NCBI RefSeq assembly: GCF_900187275.1 | Contig: NZ_LT906458.1 | Location: forward strand, 1,260,001 to 1,292,000 | Length of the DNA: 32,000 nt | DNA from: Pasteurella multocida | Lineage (GTDB): Bacteria > Pseudomonadota > Gammaproteobacteria > Enterobacterales > Pasteurellaceae | Direction: 5' to 3' | Shown: one piece after another, positions 1 through 10,101 of the stretch | How the letters are laid out: every line of letters starts with the position of its first letter | How positions within the stretch are numbered: position 1 is the first letter of the stretch | Position numbers and translations under genes: made by a program | Notes under the pieces: model-generated | What the model saw: only the letters and a program-made list of their open reading frames with translations | Databases searched by the model: none | What the model was told of the DNA's origin: nothing

Positions 1-753
1 ATTGGTTCCTTTGCTTTTGTCGTCGGCGTAGTCGTATTTGGTTATGTAATTGGTTTCATTGGCGAACACAATATTGTTTGGATTTTAACCGCACTTTTAG
101 CCCTCTATGCAGTGCTACAAATGACAACACCTATGCCTGCGCCGACAGATCAACAAAGTGCGGTTGAAAATAACATTACATTTAAAGCGTTACTAAAAAA
201 TCAAACAACTTTACGTTTGATTATCGCGATCTCCTTAATTCAAGGTTCTCATGCCACTTACTATGCTTACAGTGTCCTCTATTGGACGAGCTTGGGGATT
301 TCAGTGCAAACAACCAGTTTACTGTGGGGCTTAAGTGTGATCGCGGAAATGTTGCTCTTTTTCTTTTCAACAAAGCTCTTCCGCACATGGAAAGTCAGTG
401 CGTTATTTTACCTCTCTGCGATTGCAACGGTAATTCGTTGGGCGGCGTTGAGCATCGCGACAGAAGTTTGGAGCTTAACCTTAATTCAAACCTTACACAG
501 TTTGACTTATGCGGTCAGTCACTATGCCATTATTCGTTATTTTACGACCCAGCCTATTCAGCATATTGCTAAATTACAAGGGCTGTATAATGGGATTTCA
601 GGTTGTGCCGCAGTCGCATTATTAACAGCCTTATCTGGCTTGTTATACCCTGTTTCTCCCACAATTACGTTCCTTGCGATGACAAGTGTCGCAGCTTTGG
701 CATTCGTCGTGATTCCACGTAAAGTCGATGCCTTTTTACTTAAACGGTGCTAA
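1..753 (+). CDS. MFS transporter, PPP/HcaT-like family, 5' end truncated by window
   Basis: Frame 1 is open from base 1 (IGSFAFVVGVVVFGYVIGFIGEHN...) into ORF 112..753. Multiple hydrophobic helices resembling the C-terminal half of an MFS_1-like/nucleoside-H+ symporter-like transporter. Confidence 0.75.
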   Translation: MGSFAFVVGVVVFGYVIGFIGEHNIVWILTALLALYAVLQMTTPMPAPTDQQSAVENNITFKALLKNQTTLRLIIAISLIQGSHATYYAYSVLYWTSLGISVQTTSLLWGLSVIAEMLLFFFSTKLFRTWKVSALFYLSAIATVIRWAALSIATEVWSLTLIQTLHSLTYAVSHYAIIRYFTTQPIQHIAKLQGLYNGISGCAAVALLTALSGLLYPVSPTITFLAMTSVAALAFVVIPRKVDAFLLKRC

Positions 754-755
754 AC

Positions 756-1649
756 ATGAAAGATTCCGCGTTAATTGAGCTTTTTCTAAATGAAATTTGG
801 ATCGAAAAGCAACTCTCGCAAAATACGATTGCCTCTTATCGCTTAGATTTGACTGCACTCATTCAATGGCTAGAAAAACAACAATTAACGCTTATCAATC
901 TGGATGCCATCGACTTACAAACATTTCTAGGTGAACGCTTAAACCAAGGCTACAAAGCCACCAGCACAGCTCGCCTACTCAGTGCAATGCGAAAATTATT
1001 TCAATACTTATACCGCGAAAAATACCGCACAGATGATCCCAGTGCGGTATTAAGTTCTCCCAAATTACCTAGCCGCTTGCCTAAATACCTAACGGAACAA
1101 CAAGTTACTGATTTACTGAACTCCCCTGATGTCGATATCCCCTTAGAATTACGCGATAAAGCCATGATGGAATTGCTTTATGCAACAGGATTACGGGTCA
1201 CTGAATTAGTGTCATTGACTATTGAAAACATAAATATTAATCAGGGGATTGTACGGGTTGTTGGTAAAGGAAACAAAGAACGGATTGTTCCCATTGGGGA
1301 AGAAGCAACTTATTGGATTCGTCAATTTATGCTATATGGGCGTCCTTTTTTATTGCATGGACAAAGCTCAGATGTCGTCTTCCCAAGTAAAAGAGCGCTA
1401 CAAATGACACGCCAAACCTTTTGGCACCGTATTAAACATTATGCACTTTTGAGTGACATTGATATCAATAGCTTATCGCCCCATGTACTGCGTCACGCTT
1501 TTGCTACACATTTAGTAAATCATGGTGCGGATTTGCGTGTAGTACAAATGTTACTCGGACACAGCGATTTATCCACAACACAAATTTATACTCACGTTGC
1601 TAAAGAGCGTTTAAAACATTTACATGAACGCTACCATCCAAGGGGCTAA
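756..1649 (+). CDS. xerD: Site-specific tyrosine recombinase XerD
   Basis: Motifs MELLYATGLRVTELVSL, HVLRHAFATHLVNHGADLRVVQMLLGHSDLSTTQIYTHV (R-H-x-x-R, catalytic Y). ORF opens at a GTG at 747 but ATG 756 (MKDSALIELF) is the more likely start. Confidence 0.97.
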   Translation: MKDSALIELFLNEIWIEKQLSQNTIASYRLDLTALIQWLEKQQLTLINLDAIDLQTFLGERLNQGYKATSTARLLSAMRKLFQYLYREKYRTDDPSAVLSSPKLPSRLPKYLTEQQVTDLLNSPDVDIPLELRDKAMMELLYATGLRVTELVSLTIENININQGIVRVVGKGNKERIVPIGEEATYWIRQFMLYGRPFLLHGQSSDVVFPSKRALQMTRQTFWHRIKHYALLSDIDINSLSPHVLRHAFATHLVNHGADLRVVQMLLGHSDLSTTQIYTHVAKERLKHLHERYHPRG

Positions 1650-1663
1650 CATCAAGCATAAAA

Positions 1664-1690
1664 AAAACTGCATCACAAGGATGCAGTTTT
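1664..1690. terminator. Bidirectional intrinsic terminator between convergent xerD and hpf-like gene
   Basis: Perfect stem AAAACTGCATC-ACAAG-GATGCAGTTTT with A/T runs on the flanks. Confidence 0.85.
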
Positions 1691-1707
1691 AACGTTGGAT
1701 AACAGGA

Positions 1708-2025
1708 TTAGAAAGAATCTTTTAAGCGTTCATCGGCACGACGCGCTTCGCCTTTATGTTGTAATTTATTTAACTGACGCTCTAATTTTTCTTCTACTTC
1801 GTTGACGGCTTTATACATATCTTCTGACTCTGCTTTTGCAAACAAATCGCCAAGCGGGGTACCAATCGATGCCTCAACCGAAAAACCTTTTGGTATTTTG
1901 TTTAAAATAAAGTGGGGATTAATTAATTGAGTTTGCCATTTACCTAATTTAGCAAGTCTATCTTCGACGTGAGCACGGATTGCAGGAGTGATTTCCATTT
2001 GTTTGCTTGTGATGTTTAGAGTCAT
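1708..2025 (-). CDS. raiA: Ribosome hibernation/associated inhibitor (HPF/YfiA family, short form)
   Basis: [30 protein letters not shown]...[42 protein letters not shown] is typical of the sigma54 modulation/S30EA family. Confidence 0.9.
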   Translation of the reverse strand: MTLNITSKQMEITPAIRAHVEDRLAKLGKWQTQLINPHFILNKIPKGFSVEASIGTPLGDLFAKAESEDMYKAVNEVEEKLERQLNKLQHKGEARRADERLKDSF

Positions 2026-2269
2026 AGCATTTACCTCTCTGTTGAAAAGGGGACTTTTTTGTCCCTTGTGTTAAATAATCCTTATCTACAACATAGTCGC
2101 CTTACACGCAGTTTTCAAGTCTTTTTATCGATTTTTTACGGAAAAATTAAAAAGTATGATCTAAGTAGAAAAATTGTGATTTAGTACTGGATTATTCACT
2201 CAAAGTTGATATGATTGAGGGGATTCCATCGTCTCCCTTCTCATCATTTTATACTTATATTTCAACAAA

Positions 2270-3643
2270 TTAAGCAGTTTCATCTGCATCTGTTTGCTGC
2301 AATTTCAAACGCAAAAAATACGCTTCCGTTTCACTCACAATGACATGACGTAAACCAATTAACGCCACTAAATTTGGCAGTGCCATCAAACCATTAACAA
2401 TATCAGCAAGAATCCAAATGACATCTAAATGAATAAATGCGCCACATCCAACTAACACAATGAATATAAAACGATACGCTTTAAGTTTACTCGTACCAAC
2501 CAGATACACAAAACAACGTTCACCGTAATAACACCAACCTAAAATTGTGGTAAATGCAAAGAACAACAACCCTACGGTGACAATCGTACCGCCTAAATTA
2601 GAGCCCAATCCCGTTGAAAAGGCATGATTGGTTAATGCTGCACCTGCTATCTCTGTCGATTGCCATGCGCCTGTGATCACTAACACAATACCAGTCATAG
2701 AACACACAACAATTGTGTCTAAAAACGTCCCTGTCATCGAAATCAGCCCTTGTCGCACGGGTTCCTTGGTTTGTGCGGCAGCCGCGGCAATAGGTGCACT
2801 TCCTAACCCCGATTCATTCGAGAAGATACCACGTGCTACACCTGATTGAATGGCTTTCATCACGGTATAACCTAGCGCACCGCCTAACGCAGCAGTGGGA
2901 TTAAAAGCACTATAAATAATCAGTCCAATCGCTTGTGGTACCACTTGCCAGTTTATCGCTAAAATAATTAACGAGGTCAACACATAAAGAACTGCCATGA
3001 AAGGCACGACATAAGAAGAAACAATCGCGATACGTCTTACGCCCCCCAGGATGATCAGTGCAACTAATGCCGTAATAATGGAGGCAGTTAACGGGATTGG
3101 CACGCTAAAGGTATCCTGCATGGCATGAGTAATCGCATTAATTTGTGGGAAGGTTCCAATGCCAAAAAATGCAACTAAAATACCAAATAGCGCAAAAAGT
3201 TTCGCTAACCATTTGATCCCAAGACCACGCTCAATGTAGTACATTGGACCACCTGCCATAAAACCTTGCTTATCACGAACACGATATTTTACTGCCAACA
3301 AACATTCTGCATATTTTGTCGCCATCCCTAATAACGCAACAATCCACATCCAAAAAACCGCACCCGGTCCACCAGCTTGTACCGCGGTTGCCACCCCAAC
3401 AATATTCCCTGTACCAATCGTCGCCGCTAATGCTGTACAAAGTGCCGCAAAAGAAGACACATCACCTTTTTTAGCGGCGCCCTTTTCTTTTCTAAAAAGA
3501 TAAGATAATGCACGAGGCAACTGGATAAACTGGATAAAACCTAAACGGAATGTTAAATAAAGCCCTGTACCAGAAAGCAAAAGCAGTAGAGGTGGGCCCC
3601 AAATAAAACTATTAATTGATGATAAAGTTGATTCTAATGACAT
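2270..3643 (-). CDS. Sodium:alanine/glycine symporter (AGCS family)
   Basis: ALAATIGTGNIVGVATAVQAGGPGAVFWMWIVALLGMATKYAECLLAVKYR and GIFSNESGLGSAPIAAAAAQT are AGCS signatures. ORF extends to 3667, but MSLEST (ATG at 3643) follows a GAGG ribosome binding site. Confidence 0.95.
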   Translation of the reverse strand: MSLESTLSSINSFIWGPPLLLLLSGTGLYLTFRLGFIQFIQLPRALSYLFRKEKGAAKKGDVSSFAALCTALAATIGTGNIVGVATAVQAGGPGAVFWMWIVALLGMATKYAECLLAVKYRVRDKQGFMAGGPMYYIERGLGIKWLAKLFALFGILVAFFGIGTFPQINAITHAMQDTFSVPIPLTASIITALVALIILGGVRRIAIVSSYVVPFMAVLYVLTSLIILAINWQVVPQAIGLIIYSAFNPTAALGGALGYTVMKAIQSGVARGIFSNESGLGSAPIAAAAAQTKEPVRQGLISMTGTFLDTIVVCSMTGIVLVITGAWQSTEIAGAALTNHAFSTGLGSNLGGTIVTVGLLFFAFTTILGWCYYGERCFVYLVGTSKLKAYRFIFIVLVGCGAFIHLDVIWILADIVNGLMALPNLVALIGLRHVIVSETEAYFLRLKLQQTDADETA

Positions 3644-3718
3644 GATAAGATCCTCGTAAAAAATCACAGATTACAAGGAGGCAAAAGCATTTTGCGGAAG
3701 AGTTAAAAAAGAGAAAAG

Positions 3719-3739
3719 CACGCATGTAGTCCATGCATG
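3719..3739 (-). terminator. Candidate riboswitch expression-platform terminator hairpin
   Basis: Minus strand CATGCATG-GACTA-CATGCGTG (8 bp incl. one G-U) followed by CTTTTCTCTTTTTT, between the glycine aptamers and the symporter start. Confidence 0.6.
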
Positions 3740-3762
3740 TAAACATCAAACCGAATATCTTG

Positions 3763-3960
3763 TTGCCCCTGTCCTTTTGCCTGAGCGTTTGAAAAAACGG
3801 AAAAATTAACCGCTCTTTTTGCGCCTTCGGCGGCCGTTTTATCTCTTTTTAATATAACGGCTCTCTCCAAGGGTTCGTCCAGTAACAGTCCCTGCTTATA
3901 ATCAGCGCCTGAAAGAGTTTACCTCGTCGGCGTAGGGTCAATTCCCTACTCTCCAGCTAC
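3763..3960 (-). promoter_or_regulatory. Tandem (two-aptamer) glycine riboswitch, gcvT RNA motif
   Basis: Minus strand aptamer 1: GGAGAGTAGGGAATTGACCCTACGCCGACGAGGTAAACTCTTTCAGGCGC...GGGACTG. Aptamer 2: GGAGAGAGCCGTT...GCCGAAGGCGCAA...AACGCTCAGGCAAAAGGACAG. Matches the conserved GGAGAG / GCCGAAGG-GCAA / CUCAGGCAAAAGGACAG cores. Confidence 0.93.
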
Positions 3961-4091
3961 CTTCATCCGAACTTACTTTTGTTGAATTTTTCAAAAAAGC
4001 ACAGCAAATTTTAACAGATAAATAGTAAAAAACAAGAAATTGATAGGTGTGATTTAAGATAAAAAAGCAGGTGTTATCCTGCTTAGAGGAT

Positions 4092-4361
4092 TTATTTTCG
4101 CTGCTCTCGTTTCCATTTGAGTGCAATATAACCACAACTTGGGATCAAATTTAATTGCTTATCATGGACGAAATCTGACAATGCTTGATAAAGTTTATCC
4201 GCAATACCTTGTCCTCTCAACACCTCTGAAACATAAGTATGGTTCGCATTAATCGTCTTTTCATCCACAAAATAATAGGTTAACTCTGCTATTTTGTTAC
4301 CCTCATGGTCTAAACAAAAAAAGACACCCTGTTGCTCTGTTTGTTGATGTTGAATAAGCAT
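4092..4361 (-). CDS. Small GNAT-type N-acetyltransferase (YidJ/YhhK-like NAT_SF_2 type)
   Basis: GNKIAELTYYFVDEKTINANHTYVSEVLRGQGIADKLYQALSDFVHDKQLNLIPSCGYIALKWKR: short acetyl-CoA binding fold with RGQGIA. Confidence 0.8.
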   Translation of the reverse strand: MLIQHQQTEQQGVFFCLDHEGNKIAELTYYFVDEKTINANHTYVSEVLRGQGIADKLYQALSDFVHDKQLNLIPSCGYIALKWKREQRK

Positions 4362-4564
4362 TAATGTGCTCTCCAGTCTTCTTGCTCGTCGTTCATCGCA
4401 AAATCTGCACTCTCACAAGGAATCGCTTTCTCCTCGGCTGCCCATTCCCCCAAATCAATTAACTGGCAACGTTTGCAACAAAAAGGGCGGAATGGACTTT
4501 TATCTGACCACTCCACCTGTTTTTGACAAATCGGACAAGGCACACTGAAAATATCGTCTGTCAT
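4361..4564 (-). CDS. yacG: DNA gyrase inhibitor YacG (zinc ribbon)
   Basis: [42 protein letters not shown]: CxxC...CxxxC zinc motif and [11 protein letters not shown] signature. ATG for MTDDIF at 4564 preferred over the ORF start 4582. Confidence 0.93.
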   Translation of the reverse strand: MTDDIFSVPCPICQKQVEWSDKSPFRPFCCKRCQLIDLGEWAAEEKAIPCESADFAMNDEQEDWRAH

Positions 4565-4574
4565 AAATTTCTCA

Positions 4575-5931
<1,357 letters not shown>

Positions 5932-5932
<1 letters not shown>

Positions 5933-7146
5933 TACACCAATGCCCCCATATTAAACATCGGTAAATACATACCCAATAAAATGACACCAATAATCGAACC
6001 AATCACTAACATTAAACAGGGTTCCAATAATTGTGAAAGTAAATCAAGTTGGTGCTCTAACTTTTGTTGATAACTTTCTGCTATATACTGCAACATTTCG
6101 CTTAATCGCCCTGTCTGTTCACCAACATGTAACATCTGTTGTGCCATCTCCGGAAATAAGTTGGAGCCGATAACCTCAGAAAACGTATAACCTTGAGCAA
6201 TCCCCTTTAACATTAACTGTACTTCTTCAGCCAATCGCATCTCGGTAAGCTCGTGTTTTGCTATACCACTTTTCTGTGTAGGTAAAAAAATCTGTAATGC
6301 CTGTTGCAAAGGCATGCCCGAGCTAAGCATAAGATGTAAATGACGACAAAAATGAATAAGCTCGTGATGTTGCGCAATTTTCTTAAAGATTGGAAGGAAA
6401 TGAAGCAGACAATTTTTTAATCGATATAGTCCAACTCGCTGTCTCGCATTTAACATCAAAAAAATAAAGCCGAAAATTAATAGGAGACTCAATTGAAAAG
6501 CATAACCACGTAACCCTGCCGATACATTCAATAACAACACAGTAAACGCAGGTAAAGGTTGATTTGCATAAATCTCAGCAAACTGTGGCACAATAAACAG
6601 CAGTAACAACGACGTTAAGATCAATGTCACAACAAGCACTAACATTGGATAAAACAACATTTTCTGAACTTTGCGTCGTAACCCCAGTGATTGTTGACGT
6701 TGTTTCGCTAATTGTGCACAAACAAGCGGTAGTTTCCCAGTCGATTCACCAACAGAAATTAATTGGTATTCCTGTTTTGTTAAGTAACGATCTTGTGTAG
6801 CTAGCGCGGTTGAAAAAGAAAATCCACTTTCGAGTGAACAGAGTAACTGACGTAACCATTGCGTTAACTCAATATTGCTAGCATGTCGCTGTAATAGCTG
6901 TAAACTTTCCTTCAAGGGAACCGATGCTTGTAATAGCATCGCTAATTGCATTAACAGATCACAAATCTCTGTATATTTAGGTTGTATAGAAAGCTGCCAA
7001 TTTCGTTGTAAATGCAGTTGGTGAACGCCCTGAAGTAATAAAGATTGCTGTGCTATCTCTTTACTTTCCGCCACAATAACTCCTTTTTGTATTTGCTGTA
7101 ATCGATTTATTCCTTTCCAACGAAACATTTTTAATTTTTTCATCAT
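5932..7146 (-). CDS. pilC: Type IV pilus inner membrane platform protein (PilC/HofC/GspF family)
   Basis: GVVIAESKEIAQQSLLLQGV, LLQASVPLKESLQLL, HLMLSSGMPLQQALQI, VGEQTGRLSEMLQYIAESYQQKLEHQLDLLSQLLEPCLMLVIG are typical T2SF domain sequence. Confidence 0.94.
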
Positions 7147-8528
7147 TCACCTAATACACGTTGTACTTCATTGTCATCGGTCATGCCTAAACGAACTTTT
7201 TCCTTCGCACTCTCGCGTAAACTACTAAAATCCGTGACAAAACACCCTGTTTTATCTTTTTGTAAAAATTGATATACCCCAATCCTCCCTTTATACCCCT
7301 GATAGCAACGACACGCCGATTGTGTCTCTACACGGCAATCACAACGACGACGCAATAAACGCTGCGCCACAACAAGTAATAGGCTTTGTTCAATTTCATG
7401 CAAAGGCACCCCTAATTGCTGTAAGCGAGTAAGGGCAGAGGGGGCATCATTCGTATGCAAGGTAGAGAGGACTAAATGCCCTGTTTGAGCCGCACGTAAT
7501 GCGATTAACGCGCTTTCTTCATCACGAATTTCCCCTAACATAATAATGTCTGGATCTTGACGTAAAAAAGTGCGTAATAAGCGCTTGAAATCCAGTCCTA
7601 TTTGCGTATTTACTTGCGTTTGGATTATCCCAGTCAACACAATTTCAATCGGATCTTCTGCTGTTAAAATATGCTTTTCTATGCTGTTGAGCCAAGCTAG
7701 CGCACTATAAAGCGAAATGCTTTTTCCACTCCCTGTTGGTCCCGTTACTAAAATCAGTCCTTGAGGTTGACTTAACGCGTGTTGGAACCTGTGTTGTTGG
7801 TCTGCGGTCATCCCCAACTCAGCAAAACTGAGATGAATAGGCTTATTTCGCTGCAAACGTAATACCGCTTTTTCGCCTAAATGCGTCGGCAACGTAGAAA
7901 GTCGAAAATCTAATGTATCAGAAAATGTCGTTTTAAATTGGAAACAACCGTCCTGAGGCAAGCGTGTTTCACTAATATCTAATTTTGCTAATAATTTAAG
8001 ACGAGAAATCAGGCGATTAGCCAATATCCCTGAAAAGGAAGGCTGGACTTGTAATACACCATCGATTCTAAAACGCACTTGTAAGCTATGCTGTTGTGGT
8101 TCAAAATGAATGTCAGAAGCCTGTAGCTGTAATGCACGTTCAAAAACCTGATCAAGTAATTGAATCAAAGGTTCATCCGTCGCGGAATCAGAATCTAATT
8201 GCGCGACTTGATAAACCGTGGGTATGTTTTCTTCCACCTGTAATTTTGGTGGGGAAAGTTGCTGCAATGCCCGTTTCAGTTCATTTGTTGATAATAAAAC
8301 AGGCTCAATGTGTTTATTCGTTAAAAAAGAAAAGGCATCACATGCTGATAAATTCGCTAACGAATCCACACCAAGCCACAACTGTTTTTCATCTTCTTGT
8401 AAAGGCAAGGCAAAATAACGTAATAAAAAACGTTGTTGTTGCTGATTTTTTTGCCATAGCGCCTGTTGGATTTCAAATACCTCTCCTGTCATTGCGCTAA
8501 CAGTACACAAAGGATTCTCATGAAACAT
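7143..8528 (-). CDS. pilB: Type IV pilus assembly ATPase (PilB/HofB/GspE family)
   Basis: Walker A VTGPTGSGKS, Walker B PDIIMLGEIRDEESALIALRAAQTGHLVLSTLHTNDAPSALTRL. ATG at 8528 overlaps the pilin stop codon (TAATG); the upstream ORF start at 8537 is a TTG. Confidence 0.95.
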   Translation of the reverse strand: MFHENPLCTVSAMTGEVFEIQQALWQKNQQQQRFLLRYFALPLQEDEKQLWLGVDSLANLSACDAFSFLTNKHIEPVLLSTNELKRALQQLSPPKLQVEENIPTVYQVAQLDSDSATDEPLIQLLDQVFERALQLQASDIHFEPQQHSLQVRFRIDGVLQVQPSFSGILANRLISRLKLLAKLDISETRLPQDGCFQFKTTFSDTLDFRLSTLPTHLGEKAVLRLQRNKPIHLSFAELGMTADQQHRFQHALSQPQGLILVTGPTGSGKSISLYSALAWLNSIEKHILTAEDPIEIVLTGIIQTQVNTQIGLDFKRLLRTFLRQDPDIIMLGEIRDEESALIALRAAQTGHLVLSTLHTNDAPSALTRLQQLGVPLHEIEQSLLLVVAQRLLRRRCDCRVETQSACRCYQGYKGRIGVYQFLQKDKTGCFVTDFSSLRESAKEKVRLGMTDDNEVQRVLGE

Positions 8529-8962
8529 TATGCGCAAAATCCTGCTGGGAAAATGTCAGATTGAGCACCACAATTAACTGTCCAAGAAACACCTTGAGCT
8601 GCGTTACCACTCGCTGTCAGCGTATAGCTAATTCCTTCCAAGCTCCCTTGTCCAGTGACAGTAATTACCCCAGCTTTAACCGTGATGGCTTTTAAATATT
8701 TTTTACTTGCTGCAGCATCAGCACGAATACCATGACTTCCTGCATTACAATTCGTTGTACTATTTGTATTATAGATACAAAGCTCTACCTCAGCACGATA
8801 AGGAGCTGCGGCTTGCAATAATTCAGAGATTGCCGCTTTTTTTGTATAATTTTGATAAGATGGCACGGCAATCGTGGCTAAAATCGCAATAATGGCAATG
8901 ACAATCATTAATTCAATTAGCGTAAACCCTTTTTTAATCGAAAAGAAAATGGCTTTTTTCAT
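8528..8962 (-). CDS. ptfA: Type IV pilin precursor (PtfA, PilA/PpdD-like)
   Basis: Prepilin signal [12 protein letters not shown] / [36 protein letters not shown] upstream of ATG 8962. Cys-bounded C-terminal region WTVNCG...GFCA. Confidence 0.95.
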   Translation of the reverse strand: MKKAIFFSIKKGFTLIELMIVIAIIAILATIAVPSYQNYTKKAAISELLQAAAPYRAEVELCIYNTNSTTNCNAGSHGIRADAAASKKYLKAITVKAGVITVTGQGSLEGISYTLTASGNAAQGVSWTVNCGAQSDIFPAGFCA

Positions 8963-9088
8963 ATAAAACTCCTTTTGTCACATAAACGAAGACACACTAA
9001 AATGCTGAATGCCACAACGAGTGGACTGGCATTTTCTCGCCAACGAAGTATGTAATAAAAAGGTTTACTCAGAAAAAACACAAATTAC

Positions 9089-9110
9089 TTTTTCGATCTT
9101 TATCGCAAAA
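9089..9110 (-). promoter_or_regulatory. Candidate CRP-S (Sxy-dependent competence) site upstream of pilin operon
   Basis: Minus strand TTTTGCGATAAAGATCGAAAAA: TGCGA-N6-TCGAA, close to the Pasteurellaceae CRP-S pattern TTTTGCGATCNNGATCGCAAAA. Confidence 0.8.
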
Positions 9111-9120
9111 CGGATCACTT

Positions 9121-9687
9121 ATGACCAAAAAAACAAAGCAACATATTCAGCAAGGGTGGCTAAAGGGGGCCAAAAGAGTCCTTTCTCCACATTATGATCA
9201 ACGTCCAGATCTACATGACATTTCTCTACTTATTATCCACTATATTAGCCTCCCACCAGAGCAATTTGGCGGACACTATATTGATGATTTTTTCCAAGGC
9301 AAACTAAACCCTACACAACATCCTTATTTTAAAGAAATTGCAACATTACGTGTTTCTGCACATTGTTTAATCAACCGACAAGGTGAAATTACACAATATG
9401 TCAATTTTAATGATAGGGCTTGGCATGCTGGTGTCTCGCAATTCGAAGGAAGAGAAAAATGCAATGATTTTTCTATTGGTATTGAATTAGAAGGAAGTAA
9501 TACTCAGCCTTTCACTGTCGCGCAATATCAATCATTAATCACTCTCACAAAAGCGATTATGGCAAGTTATCCAGACATTACATTACAACGGATCGTGGGG
9601 CATTGCGATGTTGCGCCAGGTCGCAAAATCGATCCGGGTCAATATTTTGACTGGCAGACTTATCTAGAAGCGCTACAAAACCAGTGA
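9121..9687 (+). CDS. ampD: 1,6-anhydro-N-acetylmuramyl-L-alanine amidase AmpD
   Basis: ISLLIIHYISLPPEQFGG, VSAHCLINRQGEITQYV, WHAGVSQFEGREKCNDFSIGIELEG, IVGHCDVAPGRKIDPGQYFDW: zinc ligands and AmpD signatures. Confidence 0.96.
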   Translation: MTKKTKQHIQQGWLKGAKRVLSPHYDQRPDLHDISLLIIHYISLPPEQFGGHYIDDFFQGKLNPTQHPYFKEIATLRVSAHCLINRQGEITQYVNFNDRAWHAGVSQFEGREKCNDFSIGIELEGSNTQPFTVAQYQSLITLTKAIMASYPDITLQRIVGHCDVAPGRKIDPGQYFDWQTYLEALQNQ

Positions 9688-9847
9688 CCAAAAAACAAAC
9701 ACAAGAAATGACTAATTCATCACAACTAACAAAAAAGCAACATAAAACATTATCTATTTGATTTATAAGACAATAAACACATATCACATTGAGCATTAAT
9801 TAACCAAAATAAGTTACTAAAATGAATTCCTCTATTCAACCACAATT

Positions 9848-9856
9848 TTATCCACA
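9848..9856 (+). promoter_or_regulatory. Perfect-consensus DnaA box sequence
   Basis: TTATCCACA exact match. Confidence 0.5.
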
Positions 9857-10064
9857 GAAAACGTGAATAACTTATTTTTCTGACAACAGCACGACTACAC
9901 GTTGTCAAAGTGGAAGAAAATACCGATTTTACTCATCAGTCATGTCAAAAAATCATAAAGAACGCACGATCTTGTATGTCTCTGTGTAAAAAAGAGAAGC
10001 CAAACTGAAATACACCTAACCTATTGATTAATAAAATATTTTACTTATTAACTAACGGTTAACT

Positions 10065-10091
10065 GTTGTTTATGTGCGGGTTATAAACAAC
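10065..10091. repeat. Inverted repeat in ampD-rppH intergenic region
   Basis: GTTGTTTAT-N9-ATAAACAAC perfect 9-bp arms. Confidence 0.75.
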
Positions 10092-10092
10092 G

Positions 10093-10101
10093 TTATCCAC
10101 A
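10093..10101 (+). promoter_or_regulatory. Perfect-consensus DnaA box sequence
   Basis: TTATCCACA exact match immediately after the inverted repeat. Confidence 0.5.

Noticed and set aside
756-1649. Tyrosine recombinase as a sign of an integrative element
   Set aside because: Sequence and size are those of housekeeping XerD; no att repeats, other phage or ICE genes nearby.
3938-4135. ORF of 65 aa on the minus strand
   Set aside because: Overlaps the promoter/leader and the first glycine aptamer; no homology-like sequence; explained by the non-coding riboswitch leader.
8096-8500. Plus-strand 134-aa ORF inside pilB
   Set aside because: Antisense shadow of a strongly supported conserved ATPase gene; no independent evidence.
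9089-9110. Ordinary CRP-N site
   Set aside because: Core is TGCGA rather than TGTGA and lies upstream of pilin genes, which fits the CRP-S class better.
9009-9197. 62-aa ORF spanning pilin/ampD intergenic region
   Set aside because: Covers the CRP-S site and ampD start in a different frame; no homology features.
9578-9796. Minus ORF 72 aa overlapping ampD end
   Set aside because: Mostly antisense to ampD, Cys/Val-rich composition, no RBS or recognisable domain.
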